Assembly: GCF_000039765.1 (NCBI RefSeq)
Contig: NC_004459.3
Span: 2,571,127-2,603,126, forward strand
DNA: 32,000 nt
DNA from: Vibrio vulnificus CMCP6
Lineage (GTDB): Bacteria > Pseudomonadota > Gammaproteobacteria > Enterobacterales > Vibrionaceae
Direction of reading: 5' to 3'
Both the position numbers and the translations under genes were made by a program. Each line of letters opens with the position of its first letter. The stretch's first letter is position 1. The notes beneath the pieces were generated by a model, which saw only the letters and a program-made list of their open reading frames with translations, was not told where the DNA came from and did no database searches. Below are positions 1 to 8,166 of this stretch, piece by piece.

Positions 1-1
1 A

Positions 2-181
2 CATGCGCAATTCGAGCAGTTAGTGATAGACGCGATTCGCTCTGGTAAGTTAACCGTAAAGATCTTTGACGCAGTAAACCCAAGTTTGAATTCTGCGACA
101 AGAAAGCTACAAGATGTTAAGCATGCAAGTAGAAACAATTTTTACCGATTGCAGCAAGGTGGAAAGGTAAGTCCGAAATAA
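2..181 (+). CDS. C-terminal part of a cassette-encoded hypothetical protein (truncated by window edge)
   Basis: Frame 2 open from window start: ...HAQFEQLVIDAIRSGKLTVKIFDAVNPSLNSATRKLQDVKHASRNNFYRLQQGGKVSPK*, ending directly before an attC; absent from the supplied ORF track. Confidence 0.65.
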   Translation, partial: HAQFEQLVIDAIRSGKLTVKIFDAVNPSLNSATRKLQDVKHASRNNFYRLQQGGKVSPK

Positions 182-184
182 ATC

Positions 185-310
185 ATATAACAAACAATTC
201 AACAGTGATTCGCAACGCTTGGCGCTCTCACTTCGGGTTGAATTTAGTGTTTACGGCGCAGCCTTCAAGTTCAGTGTATGCGCTGCTCACACGTTAATTG
301 GGCGTTATGC
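185..310 (+). repeat. attC site 1
   Basis: ataacaaacaattcaa ... cacgttaattgggcgttatgc. Confidence 0.9.
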
Positions 311-654
311 TTAATCACGTAAAATCAGTGGTTTATGGTTTTCTTTGTTCCCTTAGCTTTTCAGTTTGGTGTATGTCGGTAAGTTGACTTCATTGGGCGC
401 TGTTTTTCGGACACTTATTCTTTGGCGCTGAAAATTCAGAGAGTTACCTCAATCAATTTTCAGGTAAGCGAGAGGTTAGGGTGGCTGGCTCAATCAGCAA
501 TTTGATCTTAGGTTTTTGAGTTTTAGCGGCCGAATTTCAAAGCCCAGATTTTCAAAACTATGAGTCATTTCGGTTTTCTACGTTTTGGCTTTTGTTTGTA
601 AATCACAGTCGAGTTAATCTTGTTTTCAGAAAAACGTAATCCATTGAAGCTTAA
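305..654 (+). other. ORF-less cassette body, copy A of a repeated non-coding cassette family
   Basis: TTATGCTTAATCACGTAAAATCAGTGGTTTATGG... closely similar to 8290-8644 and 14843-15190, more distantly to 3409-3759; no ORF of normal size. Confidence 0.85.
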
Positions 655-781
655 GCATAACAAGGCGTTCAAGAGGGATTCATGCCGCGTGGCATTTTTG
701 GTATGCGGTGAGTTTTGGTGGTGAAAGTAGTGTGCGGAAAGTTGGTTTATGCGGCATTCACCTCTTAACGCGGCGTTATAT
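655..781 (+). repeat. attC site 2
   Basis: cataacaaggcgttcaagagggattcatgccgcgtggc ... cctcttaacgcggcgttatat. Confidence 0.95.
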
Positions 782-807
782 TTTTAATCAATTTTCGAGT
801 CGAAATC

Positions 808-1272
808 ATGGATGAAAGAAGTAGAGTTTACCTGGAACAATATCTGAACTCTTTACCTGATGAGGTCGCTTCCAAATACACTTCGTTCAGCTCAGACTAT
901 TTCTGTGCAGATGAACACAATGCTAATCTCTGTGCCGAGTTAATCCTTCGTGGTGAAAAGCGTGCATCATGCAGCTTAGACTATTGGTACAGTGAAAAAG
1001 GCGAGCCAATGCCAGTTGTTGGACACCTTCAAGTCGTGACAAATTGGGATGGTATACCGATTTGTATTATAGAAATGACGTCTGTAACCAAGCAAAAATA
1101 CAGCGAAGTAACACCGGAGTTCGCGGCTTTAGAAGGTGAGGGTGACAAGACTTTAGCTTGGTGGCGGGAGGCGCATTGGAACTTCTTCTCAAAAGAGTGC
1201 GTAGAGTTAGAAATATCACCGTCGGAAGATATGTTGCTAGTACTAGAGCAGTTCAAAGTGGTGTACAAATAA
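808..1272 (+). CDS. ASCH domain-containing protein
   Basis: 154 aa; ASCH-like pattern GEKRASCSLDYWY...GEPMPVVGHLQVVTNWDGIPICIIEMTSVTKQKYSEVTPEFAALEGEGDKTLAWWREAHWNFF. Confidence 0.85.
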   Translation: MDERSRVYLEQYLNSLPDEVASKYTSFSSDYFCADEHNANLCAELILRGEKRASCSLDYWYSEKGEPMPVVGHLQVVTNWDGIPICIIEMTSVTKQKYSEVTPEFAALEGEGDKTLAWWREAHWNFFSKECVELEISPSEDMLLVLEQFKVVYK

Positions 1273-1275
1273 AAA

Positions 1276-2366
1276 CTTAGTATCAAGTTTGAAGTGCGAC
1301 ACTTTTTACAGATGCGCATGAATATACTCCGTTGGTGTCCTATACCCAAGTCTTTTGCGTGGGCGCGTATTTAATTTGTGTGCAATTTCATTGCAGAGCT
1401 TCTGTGTTACGTGTGACATAGAAGTTCGTTTTGGTAAGTATTGTCGTATCAAACCATTGGTGTTTTCATTAGTCCCTCGCTCCCATGAATGGTATGGATT
1501 TGCAAAGTAAAACAGACAGTTATGATGTTTTTCCAGTTGTGCATAACCATGAAATTCAGTGCCGTTATCCGCAGTTATCGTCTTAAAAGGTAAGTCAGAG
1601 CGGGTCATGATTTTGCTCATTCTTACGTTGAGCGACTCGCTTGTTCTATCGTCCATTTGCCCTATAAAAGTGTAGCCAGTCATTCTGTCGACTAAAGTTA
1701 CGATACAGTGCTTGGTTCCGCGGCCAACGACGGTATCAATTTCCCAATGGCCAGGCTCATTTCGATGCTCAGCTTTTGCAGGTCTTTCGGTAATATGACG
1801 CTTTGCTGCCAGCCGACCTCGGCTGTCTTTTGAGTTATATCTTTTGCGCCTTTTCTTGGTCGATTGGCGTAGATGTTTCCATAGTGTTCCACCGAGAGTT
1901 TTGTCGTTCCAAATATGCTGATAAATGAGCTCGTGGCTCATTGTTGGATAGCCTCTTACCCTTAGGTATCCGACGATTTGGTCAGGGCTCCAATCCAGTC
2001 GTAGCAAGGCTTCAGGTAACCTGAAGTCGATTTCGCTATAGCGCTTGTTTCTGCGCGAGCGGCTTAGCCGGTTGCGAGCCATCTGTTGGGCTCTCCATGC
2101 TTGATAGGAGAACCTTCTAAAGTGTCTGTTGTATCGGGAATTACGTTCAATTTCTCGATAGATAGTAGCTTTGTGACGACCTAGTTGTTTAGCTATTTTA
2201 GCGGTACTAATTCCTTGCTTTCTGAGCGCAGAAATCATATACCTTTCGTTCTCAGTGAGGTGCGTGTATCTCATGTTTTTTACTTCTTGGCGGGAGCAAA
2301 CTTCATGATTATCGCATCTCACTGTTTTTATGTTCAGAGGTGTCGCACTTCGTACTTGAATCCAAG
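1276..2366 (-). mobile_element. IS30-family insertion sequence, copy 1 (about 1091 bp)
   Basis: Terminal inverted repeats CTTAGTATCAAGTTTGAAGTGCGACA / CTTGGATTCAAGTACGAAGTGCGACA; flanking AAA direct repeats (1273-1275 and 2367-2369). Confidence 0.92.
1306..2274 (-). CDS. IS30-family transposase (intact)
   Basis: MRYTHLTENERYMISALRKQGISTAKIAKQLGRHKATIYREIERNS... with DDE-type core GHWEIDTVVG...TADNGTEF...ERGTNENTNGLIRQYLPK. Confidence 0.93.
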   Translation of the reverse strand: MRYTHLTENERYMISALRKQGISTAKIAKQLGRHKATIYREIERNSRYNRHFRRFSYQAWRAQQMARNRLSRSRRNKRYSEIDFRLPEALLRLDWSPDQIVGYLRVRGYPTMSHELIYQHIWNDKTLGGTLWKHLRQSTKKRRKRYNSKDSRGRLAAKRHITERPAKAEHRNEPGHWEIDTVVGRGTKHCIVTLVDRMTGYTFIGQMDDRTSESLNVRMSKIMTRSDLPFKTITADNGTEFHGYAQLEKHHNCLFYFANPYHSWERGTNENTNGLIRQYLPKRTSMSHVTQKLCNEIAHKLNTRPRKRLGYRTPTEYIHAHL

Positions 2367-2494
2367 AAATATAACAAGGCGTTCAAGTGGGATTCATGCC
2401 GCGTGGCATTTTTAGTATGCGGTGTTTTTTGGTGGGTAAAGTGGTCTGCGGAAAGTTGTTTAGGCGGCATTCACCCCTTAACGCAGCGTTAGAG
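2367..2494 (+). repeat. attC site 3 (directly right of IS30-family copy 1)
   Basis: ataacaaggcgttcaagtggg ... cccttaacgcagcgttagag; the first bases overlap the IS-flanking AAA. Confidence 0.93.
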
Positions 2495-2607
2495 CGCACC
2501 TACAATAATCACATTTTGTGACCGTGTTTAAAATGCCATACTGTTATTGTTTCATATTGTAATCAATCATTTATCATTGGGTTGAATTCATAATTGGAGA
2601 TTCTTAT

Positions 2608-3294
2608 ATGGCAAGATGTACTGCACCAGTAAATGGTCACCGTACAGCAAGTGCTAGAGCTAACTGTCCAGCATGCAGTAGCCGTGGTAGCTACAGTTCA
2701 TATTCATCATACCCTTCGTCCTCATATTCATCGTTTGGAGGAAGTGGTTACCGTTCAGGTGGTTCAAGCTCAAGTAGCCCAAGACCAAGTTGGTCAAGTC
2801 CAGGCTCTTCTGTAGTTTATACTCAAGCTGAAATTAGAACTCTTACTCCAGTCCGAAAAAATGTAGAGAGACGAGCTTCTAAACCTGATCTTCGCGATGT
2901 CTTCCTATGTCACGCTTGGGATGACCGTAAAGGAATCGCCAAGGAGTTACATGATTTACTCGAAGCTAAGGGTGTTTCAGTTTGGTTTAGTGAAAAAGAC
3001 GTTTTGCTCGGCTCAAACTTAATGCGTGAAATCGATAAGGGTTTAGCTAAATCAAGAATTGGAATTGTTATGGTAACGCCATCATTTTTGAAGCGCATAG
3101 CTGGCGAGGGGGTTGCTGACAAAGAGCTTTCGGCTTTACTCTCTACTGATTTGCTAGTACCAATTGTCCACGACACTACGTATGACGATCTTCGGGATGT
3201 AAGCCCGTTACTAGGTTCGCGAAGTGGCTTAGATACAGCAGAAGATCCATTAGATAATGTTGCTAGCAAACTTGCGGAGCTAGTGGCGCTCTAA
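2608..3294 (+). CDS. TIR-domain protein with Cys/Ser-rich N-terminus
   Basis: C-terminal TIR pattern LRDVFLCHAWDDRKGIAKELHDLLEAKGVSVWFSEKDVLLGSNLMREIDKGLAKSRIGIVMVTPSFLKR...DKELSALL; N-terminus MARCTAPVNGHRTASARANCPACSS followed by a Ser/Gly/Tyr-rich linker. Confidence 0.9.
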   Translation: MARCTAPVNGHRTASARANCPACSSRGSYSSYSSYPSSSYSSFGGSGYRSGGSSSSSPRPSWSSPGSSVVYTQAEIRTLTPVRKNVERRASKPDLRDVFLCHAWDDRKGIAKELHDLLEAKGVSVWFSEKDVLLGSNLMREIDKGLAKSRIGIVMVTPSFLKRIAGEGVADKELSALLSTDLLVPIVHDTTYDDLRDVSPLLGSRSGLDTAEDPLDNVASKLAELVAL

Positions 3295-3414
3295 CAATCT
3301 GTTTAAGAGTGATTCGCAACGCGTGGCATTTTTACTATGCGTTGCGTTTTGTGTTTAAGGTGGCATGCGGGAGCTTCGGTATTGCGTTGCTCACACCTTA
3401 ACAGGGCGTTATGT
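3289..3414 (+). repeat. attC site 4
   Basis: ctctaacaatctgtttaagagtgattcgcaacgcgtggc ... caccttaacagggcgttatgt. Confidence 0.93.
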
Positions 3415-3759
3415 TTAATCACGTAAAATCAGTTGGTTGCACTCTTTTTTGCTCACGCAGCTTTCAAGTTTTTCCCTTGTCGGCAAGTTAACATCGTTGA
3501 TCGCTGTTTTCTGGACTCCAATTCGTGGGCGCTAAAAATTCAGAGAGTTGCCTCATTGAAATGTAGTGTTTGGGTGAGGCGAGTGCAGCTTGCTCAGTTT
3601 TAAAGTTAGAGCCTCAGGTTTTCGTTTTCTAACATTGCAACTCAAAGTAAATCCAATTAATTTTATTAGTTAATTCAGTTTTTTAGGCTGTGGCTTTGGT
3701 GTGTAAAGGTAAGTCGAGTTAAGCTCTTGGTATCGTAAAACTTAACCCTTTGAGTCTTA
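3409..3759 (+). other. ORF-less cassette body, copy B of the repeated non-coding cassette family (divergent)
   Basis: TTATGTTTAATCACGTAAAATCAGTT... TTGTCGGCAAGTTAAC...GGGCGCTAAAAATTCAGAGAGTTGCCTCA shared with copies A, C and D. Confidence 0.75.
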
Positions 3760-3887
3760 AACATAACAAGGCGTTCAAGTGGGATTCATGCCGCGTGGCA
3801 TTTTTGGTATGCGGTTGGTTTTTGTGGTGAAAGTGGTGTGCGGAAAGCTGGTTTAGGCGGCATTCACCCCTTAACGCAGCGTTATGC
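3760..3887 (+). repeat. attC site 5
   Basis: acataacaaggcgttcaagtgggattcatgccgcgtggc ... ttaacgcagcgttatgc. Confidence 0.95.
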
Positions 3888-3911
3888 CTTAACGTGAAAA
3901 CGGGAGAATAT

Positions 3912-4379
3912 ATGAAAGGGAAGATTCTTCGCTGGGTTGATGAACGTGGGTTTGGGTTCATTAAATCTGATGAGCTTGATGGCGACGTATTTGTTCATAT
4001 ATCCAAGTTTCCCCAAGGCTATCGTCGCCCACAAGTAGGTGATCATGTAGAGTTTCATCTGGCAAATAATCAGCCTAAATTAAGTGCAGCAAGTGCTCGT
4101 TTAATTGGCGTGGAACCTCAAAAAACAAACTCTCTTTCAGTTGTAATATCAGCAGCTGTCCTAGGTTTATTAGGTGCTGGATTATACGTGTTTCTTATCG
4201 AACCTAAACTGAACCCAGCGTATGAAAATATGGGTTTTAGTTGTGAAGGTAAAACGTACTGTAGCGAAATGGTGTCTTGTGACGAAGCTAAGTTTTATTT
4301 GTCAAACTGCCCGAACGTAAAAATAGACGGCGACCGTGATGGCATCCCTTGTGAGAGCCAGTTATGTGGCGGCTGGTAG
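3912..4379 (+). CDS. Cold-shock domain protein fused to a TM segment and a C-terminal Excalibur-like domain
   Basis: MKGKILRWVDERGFGFIKSDELDGDVFVHISKF (CSD RNP-like motifs), SLSVVISAAVLGLLGAGLYVFLI (TM), CSEMVSCDEAKFYLSNCPNVKIDGDRDGIPCESQLC (Excalibur-like); GGGAG upstream of ATG 3912 preferred over GTG 3894. Confidence 0.88.
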   Translation: MKGKILRWVDERGFGFIKSDELDGDVFVHISKFPQGYRRPQVGDHVEFHLANNQPKLSAASARLIGVEPQKTNSLSVVISAAVLGLLGAGLYVFLIEPKLNPAYENMGFSCEGKTYCSEMVSCDEAKFYLSNCPNVKIDGDRDGIPCESQLCGGW

Positions 4380-4384
4380 TATCG

Positions 4385-4510
4385 GCATAACAAACAATTT
4401 AAGAGTGATTCGGCACGCGTGGCATTTTTGATATGCGTTGGTTTTAGTGGTTAAGGCGGTATGCGGCGGCATTGGTATTGCGTGCCTCACACCTTAATTG
4501 GGCGTTATAT
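4385..4510 (+). repeat. attC site 6
   Basis: gcataacaaacaatttaagagtgattcggcacgcgtggc ... caccttaattgggcgttatat. Confidence 0.93.
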
Positions 4511-4534
4511 TGTTTTTCAAGTTCAGGGATTAAA

Positions 4535-4834
4535 ATGAGTGAGTTATTTAACACTCTGATGGTTTGTGCGGTGTTGGTTTCATTGTTTCCGCTTATAAAA
4601 TCCAGCAAGAGTTTTTATGATGAATGGAGTGAAATGGAGAATGAGCATTGGCGTTCTAGAGGGGCCCCACCGTTCGCAGTGTTCCATTTTGGTATGTTCT
4701 TATTTGTTCCAATGCTTTTCGGCAAAGATCTGGAACAATTGAATAATAAGAGTTTGATAAAACGTAGGAATGATCTCAGGTACAGCTTTGCTATTTTTTC
4801 GCTACTGTTGCTCGCATCCCAGTTAAATCAATAA
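4535..4834 (+). CDS. Small hydrophobic cassette protein, unknown function
   Basis: MSELFNTLMVCAVLVSLFPLIKSSKSFYDEWSEMENEHWRSRGAPPF...; the longer track start at 4472 would lie inside attC 6. Confidence 0.75.
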   Translation: MSELFNTLMVCAVLVSLFPLIKSSKSFYDEWSEMENEHWRSRGAPPFAVFHFGMFLFVPMLFGKDLEQLNNKSLIKRRNDLRYSFAIFSLLLLASQLNQ

Positions 4835-4852
4835 ATTGGTTTTGGCAGCATC

Positions 4853-4979
4853 AATATAACAAGGCGTTTAAGAGGGATTCATGCCGCGTGGCATTTTTGG
4901 TATGCGGTTAGTTTTGGTGGTGAAGTGGTCTGCGGAAAGCTGGTTTAAGCGGCATTCACCCCTTAACGCAGCGTTATAT
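4853..4979 (+). repeat. attC site 7
   Basis: atataacaaggcgtttaagagggattcatgccgcgtggc ... ccttaacgcagcgttatat. Confidence 0.95.
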
Positions 4980-5448
4980 GCAATGGATTGGAATGTTTAT
5001 GAAAGGATTAAATGGCATCTTAAACGGTTTCACCTGGGGAATCGGTTTCTCAGTTGCAATCATTCTGAGTGGGTTGGTTTATACAAAGTTTGTTGAACCG
5101 TCGCTCGGAAATATTCTTGAAGACAAAGAAATCGATGACAAAGCAATTGAGTATTTAGCGGATTTCAAAACTGCCTATGGTTTAACATTGAAAAATGTCT
5201 TCAAAGATGGGGACGACGTGCGTTTAGCTGTCGTACAGGAAAACCTTACGGAAGACGCATTATATTCTCGTGAAGTTTTAGCATCTGCGTTTGATGTGAA
5301 TGGTAATTTTATTGGTAATTGTATCGGCGAAAATGAACTTTTCATTATGCAGCCAAAGGAAACCTCTTATCTTGAGATCAAATGTGCATTTGTACCATCG
5401 CAAGTCGAGCAAATCGATTCGTTTAAGTTAAGAATTAAGCCGATTTAG
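4978..5448 (+). CDS. Cassette protein with single N-terminal TM helix, unknown function (start may be 4999)
   Basis: MKGLNGILNGFTWGIGFSVAIILSGLVYTKFVEPSL... fills the cassette body. Confidence 0.8.
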   Translation: MQWIGMFMKGLNGILNGFTWGIGFSVAIILSGLVYTKFVEPSLGNILEDKEIDDKAIEYLADFKTAYGLTLKNVFKDGDDVRLAVVQENLTEDALYSREVLASAFDVNGNFIGNCIGENELFIMQPKETSYLEIKCAFVPSQVEQIDSFKLRIKPI

Positions 5449-5464
5449 CAAGCGCCAGAAAATT

Positions 5465-5593
5465 GCATATAACAAGGCGTTCAAGAGGGATTCATGCCGC
5501 GTGGCATTTTTGGCTTGCGGTGGTTTTTGGTGGTGAAAGTGGTATGCGGAAAGTTGGTTTAGGCGGCATTCACCCCTTAACGCAGCGTTATAC
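5465..5593 (+). repeat. attC site 8
   Basis: catataacaaggcgttcaagaggg ... ccttaacgcagcgttatac. Confidence 0.95.
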
Positions 5594-5608
5594 GTTTAAG
5601 GAGAAATC

Positions 5609-5995
5609 GTGGTCGTCATATATGGAATAAAAGATCATTTGAATCCAATTAAAGCTGAGTTGTCCGATGTGATTCAGAACTCAATGACTCAAGCTCTAGG
5701 CTTGCCCGAGGATAAACGAGCTCACAGGTTTATTCCGCTTGATAAAAGTGATTTCTACTATCCTAGTGGTCGCACTGATGCCTACACGGTGATCGAAGTA
5801 AACATGATGGAAGGTCGCAAAGTAGAAACGAAAAAGGCATTGATCAAAGCGCTTTTTAGTAACATTGAATCTCGATTAGGCATTTCACCCGTTGATATTG
5901 AAATCACAATTAAAGAGCAGCCTTCCCATTGTTGGGGTTTCAGAGGCATTACAGGTGACGAAGTCGCCGACTTAACCTACAAAATCCACGTATAA
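5609..5995 (+). CDS. Tautomerase-superfamily-like protein (GTG start after AAGGAG)
   Basis: VVIYGIKDHLNPIKAELSDVIQNSMTQALGLPEDKRAHRFIPLDKSDFYYPSGRTDAYTVIEVNMMEGRKVETKKALIKALF... Confidence 0.82.
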   Translation: MVVIYGIKDHLNPIKAELSDVIQNSMTQALGLPEDKRAHRFIPLDKSDFYYPSGRTDAYTVIEVNMMEGRKVETKKALIKALFSNIESRLGISPVDIEITIKEQPSHCWGFRGITGDEVADLTYKIHV

Positions 5996-6116
5996 CAAGG
6001 CGTTAAAGTGGGATTCATGCCGCGTGGCATTTTTGGTATGCGGTGAGTATTGGCGGTGAAAGTGGTCTGCGGAAAGTTGGTTTAGGCGGCATTCACCCCT
6101 TAACGCAGCGTTATGT
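5989..6116 (+). repeat. attC site 9
   Basis: cgtataacaaggcgttaaagtggg ... ccttaacgcagcgttatgt; contains the stop codon of the upstream CDS. Confidence 0.95.
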
Positions 6117-6131
6117 TTCAATGGAGTTCTA

Positions 6132-6878
6132 GTGAAGTTAACAGAGTTTGAAAATAAAATAATAGAACTGGTTGGGTGTACTAAGGGTAACGCTGGCTTT
6201 GCAGCTAAATCTAGTATACGCCATATAGAGCGCTCGCTCGCTTTATCTGATTCTATGCCAGAAGTGTCCGCCTTTTTAGCAATAACTGCAGAAGAGGAAG
6301 CCGCGACAGCGCTGTTTCTAGCACTGAAGAATAAAAAATATAATCGTGCTAAAGAGCTGAATAAAAAGCGTCATCAACATAAGGGTGGTGTGTATCCATT
6401 CTTATCCTTACTTAAAGAGACAATTCTGGCTCTGAAAGAAGGGCCAACCTATGAGCTGATAATTGAAGAGGGCCCTAAAGCATCACTGCTTAAACTGCGA
6501 CATATCATTTTCATCGATGGTGAGTATAGATATTTTTATCCCGATCCCCCTCTGAATCTTTTTTCTTTAGATTCGATGGGGAAAGCTCAAGATTATTTTG
6601 AAGGTGTGAAATCAATAGCGGTAGAAAGAGGAATTTTATCAATTAGGGATCATATTGAGAAAGTTGCTAATATCCGCAATACGATACTTTATGCATCAGA
6701 TAGCTCTCTACCAAATGTCTCAAATGTTGAGGAAATGTTGAGCAGGCATATCGGAGCTGCATTGATTATTCAAATGATTTACCTACTAGTGGTTCAAAAT
6801 AAAAAACAGAACCTAGTTGAACAATGTCTTGATGTATTTTTAAGTGTTCAATGTGGATTTACGGCTAATGAAACATAA
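6132..6878 (+). CDS. Cassette-encoded protein, possible AbiV/HEPN-like (weak)
   Basis: 248 aa with SSIRHIERSLALSDSMPEVSAFLAITAEEEAATALFLALKNKKYNRAKELNKKRHQHKGG, reminiscent of AbiV-type EE(L)GKA helical patterns; the ORF is clear, the family is not. Confidence 0.8.
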   Translation: MKLTEFENKIIELVGCTKGNAGFAAKSSIRHIERSLALSDSMPEVSAFLAITAEEEAATALFLALKNKKYNRAKELNKKRHQHKGGVYPFLSLLKETILALKEGPTYELIIEEGPKASLLKLRHIIFIDGEYRYFYPDPPLNLFSLDSMGKAQDYFEGVKSIAVERGILSIRDHIEKVANIRNTILYASDSSLPNVSNVEEMLSRHIGAALIIQMIYLLVVQNKKQNLVEQCLDVFLSVQCGFTANET

Positions 6879-7003
6879 CAAGCAATTTAAGAGGGATTCA
6901 CAACGCTTGGCACTTTTGCTTCTACTTCAGTTTTAGTGTTTATGGCACAATGCTTTAGGTTTGGGTGGAGGCGTTGTTCACCCCTTAATTGGGCGTTAGC
7001 TTA
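6873..7003 (+). repeat. attC site 10
   Basis: acataacaagcaatttaagagggattcacaacgcttggc ... ccccttaattgggcgttagct. Confidence 0.92.
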
Positions 7004-7344
7004 AAACATTGAAAATCAATTGTTTGTGGCTTTTTCTTTCTTCCATCGGCAATTAGCTCAGGTTTTTCGGCAAATCAGCATTGTTTGTCAATGCGAGTTT
7101 TGAGCAGTTGCCTCAATTGAGTTTTGGGATTGCGCGAGGTTCGCAAATTTGGCGCAAAGTCGCTTTGGCAGTTTTGCATTCTCTTTGAGTTTTCAGAAAG
7201 TGATTTATCAAAATTTTCGGGTTTTCAAATAGCATGAAAGGCCACAAAGTTTGAACCAATTCGGGTTTCAAAACTCAGGTGGTTTGTTGGTTTTCCAAAT
7301 CGGTTTAATCTCAGCTTTTGGCAAATCTAAGGTGCTGAAATTTA
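6998..7344 (+). other. ORF-less cassette body E, possible distant member of the non-coding cassette family
   Basis: No ORF of 60 aa or more in the track; shares short patches (GTTGCCTCAATTGA, TTTTTCGGCAAATCAGCA, ...AAATTTAAGC at the end) with copies A-D and 9770-10193. Confidence 0.55.
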
Positions 7345-7470
7345 AGCTAACAAACTGCTTAAGCGGGATTCGCAATGCGTGGCATTTTTAGCATGCGGTG
7401 AGTTTCGTGATTAAGTTTGTATGCGGTAGCTTTTGCAGTGCATTGCTCACCCCTTAGCAGGGCGTTATGC
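7345..7470 (+). repeat. attC site 11
   Basis: agctaacaaactgcttaagcgggattcgcaatgcgtggc ... ccccttagcagggcgttatgc. Confidence 0.92.
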
Positions 7471-7602
7471 AATGCAAAAAGTCACATGCCTGGTTGACGT
7501 TTGTCGTTTCGATTAATTATCTTTGCTGAGACTCTTTGATTCAATTGTTACCATGTCGTCGTTTTTAGCGATAGAGCTTGTAATGAGCCGAAATGGTAAA
7601 GC

Positions 7603-8133
7603 ATGGCATTTAAAATTGTACTTACAAAAGCAGCGAATGGTTATTCAATCGAAAAAGACCTGAAAATTGGGTTTTCAATTAAGCACCTTTTTTTCGGAGG
7701 TACAGTTTCGTTGTTTCGAATGGATATATATGGGGCGCTGAGTTATTTGATTTACGGAATTATCATCACTTGGCTAGGTGTCGGCATTTTTGGTTTGTCA
7801 GATCATTTATTGGACATGAGGGTTGGTGCTGCAATAGGGGCTTCATCTGTAGAAGTTATAATGGACTTCGTAAATGCACCTCTAATGGCTTTATTATTAG
7901 CAAACATTGAATATCAGGACTTATCTGTAGGTGACAGTTATTTACATTTGTCAATCTATGGCGCTGTAGTGCTGATAAGTTGGGTTTACTTAGCTAATAA
8001 GGTTAACTTATGGAGATTCAAGTCCTATCTACGGAAAGGTTGGAAGTTTGATTTGGAAGGCTGTGAAGATTTGTTTGTAAAGAAGCAAGTTGCAACAATA
8101 CTAATCAAAAATAATATTCATTTAGATAACTAA
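7603..8133 (+). CDS. Multi-TM membrane protein, unknown function
   Basis: MAFKIVLTKAANGYSIEKDLKIGFSIKHLFFGGTVSLF... several hydrophobic segments, fills the cassette. Confidence 0.82.
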   Translation: MAFKIVLTKAANGYSIEKDLKIGFSIKHLFFGGTVSLFRMDIYGALSYLIYGIIITWLGVGIFGLSDHLLDMRVGAAIGASSVEVIMDFVNAPLMALLLANIEYQDLSVGDSYLHLSIYGAVVLISWVYLANKVNLWRFKSYLRKGWKFDLEGCEDLFVKKQVATILIKNNIHLDN

Positions 8134-8166
8134 AGTTCGATCAATATGTCAATTGAGTAACAGCAT

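Noticed and set aside
2633-2815. 60-aa plus-strand ORF overlapping the TIR gene
   Set aside because: Alternative frame of the Ser-rich linker of the TIR protein; Val/Gln-rich artefact.
2608-3294. Complete Thoeris or CBASS/TIR-STING system
   Set aside because: Only a stand-alone TIR gene is present; the neighbouring cassettes are non-coding or unrelated, so no named multi-gene system can be supported.
4881-5096. 71-aa ORF MPRGIFGMRLVLV... and similar ORFs starting in attC sites
   Set aside because: Starts inside the attC (ATGCCGCGTGGC) and overlaps the genuine cassette gene; such ORFs recur wherever the attC has this sequence.
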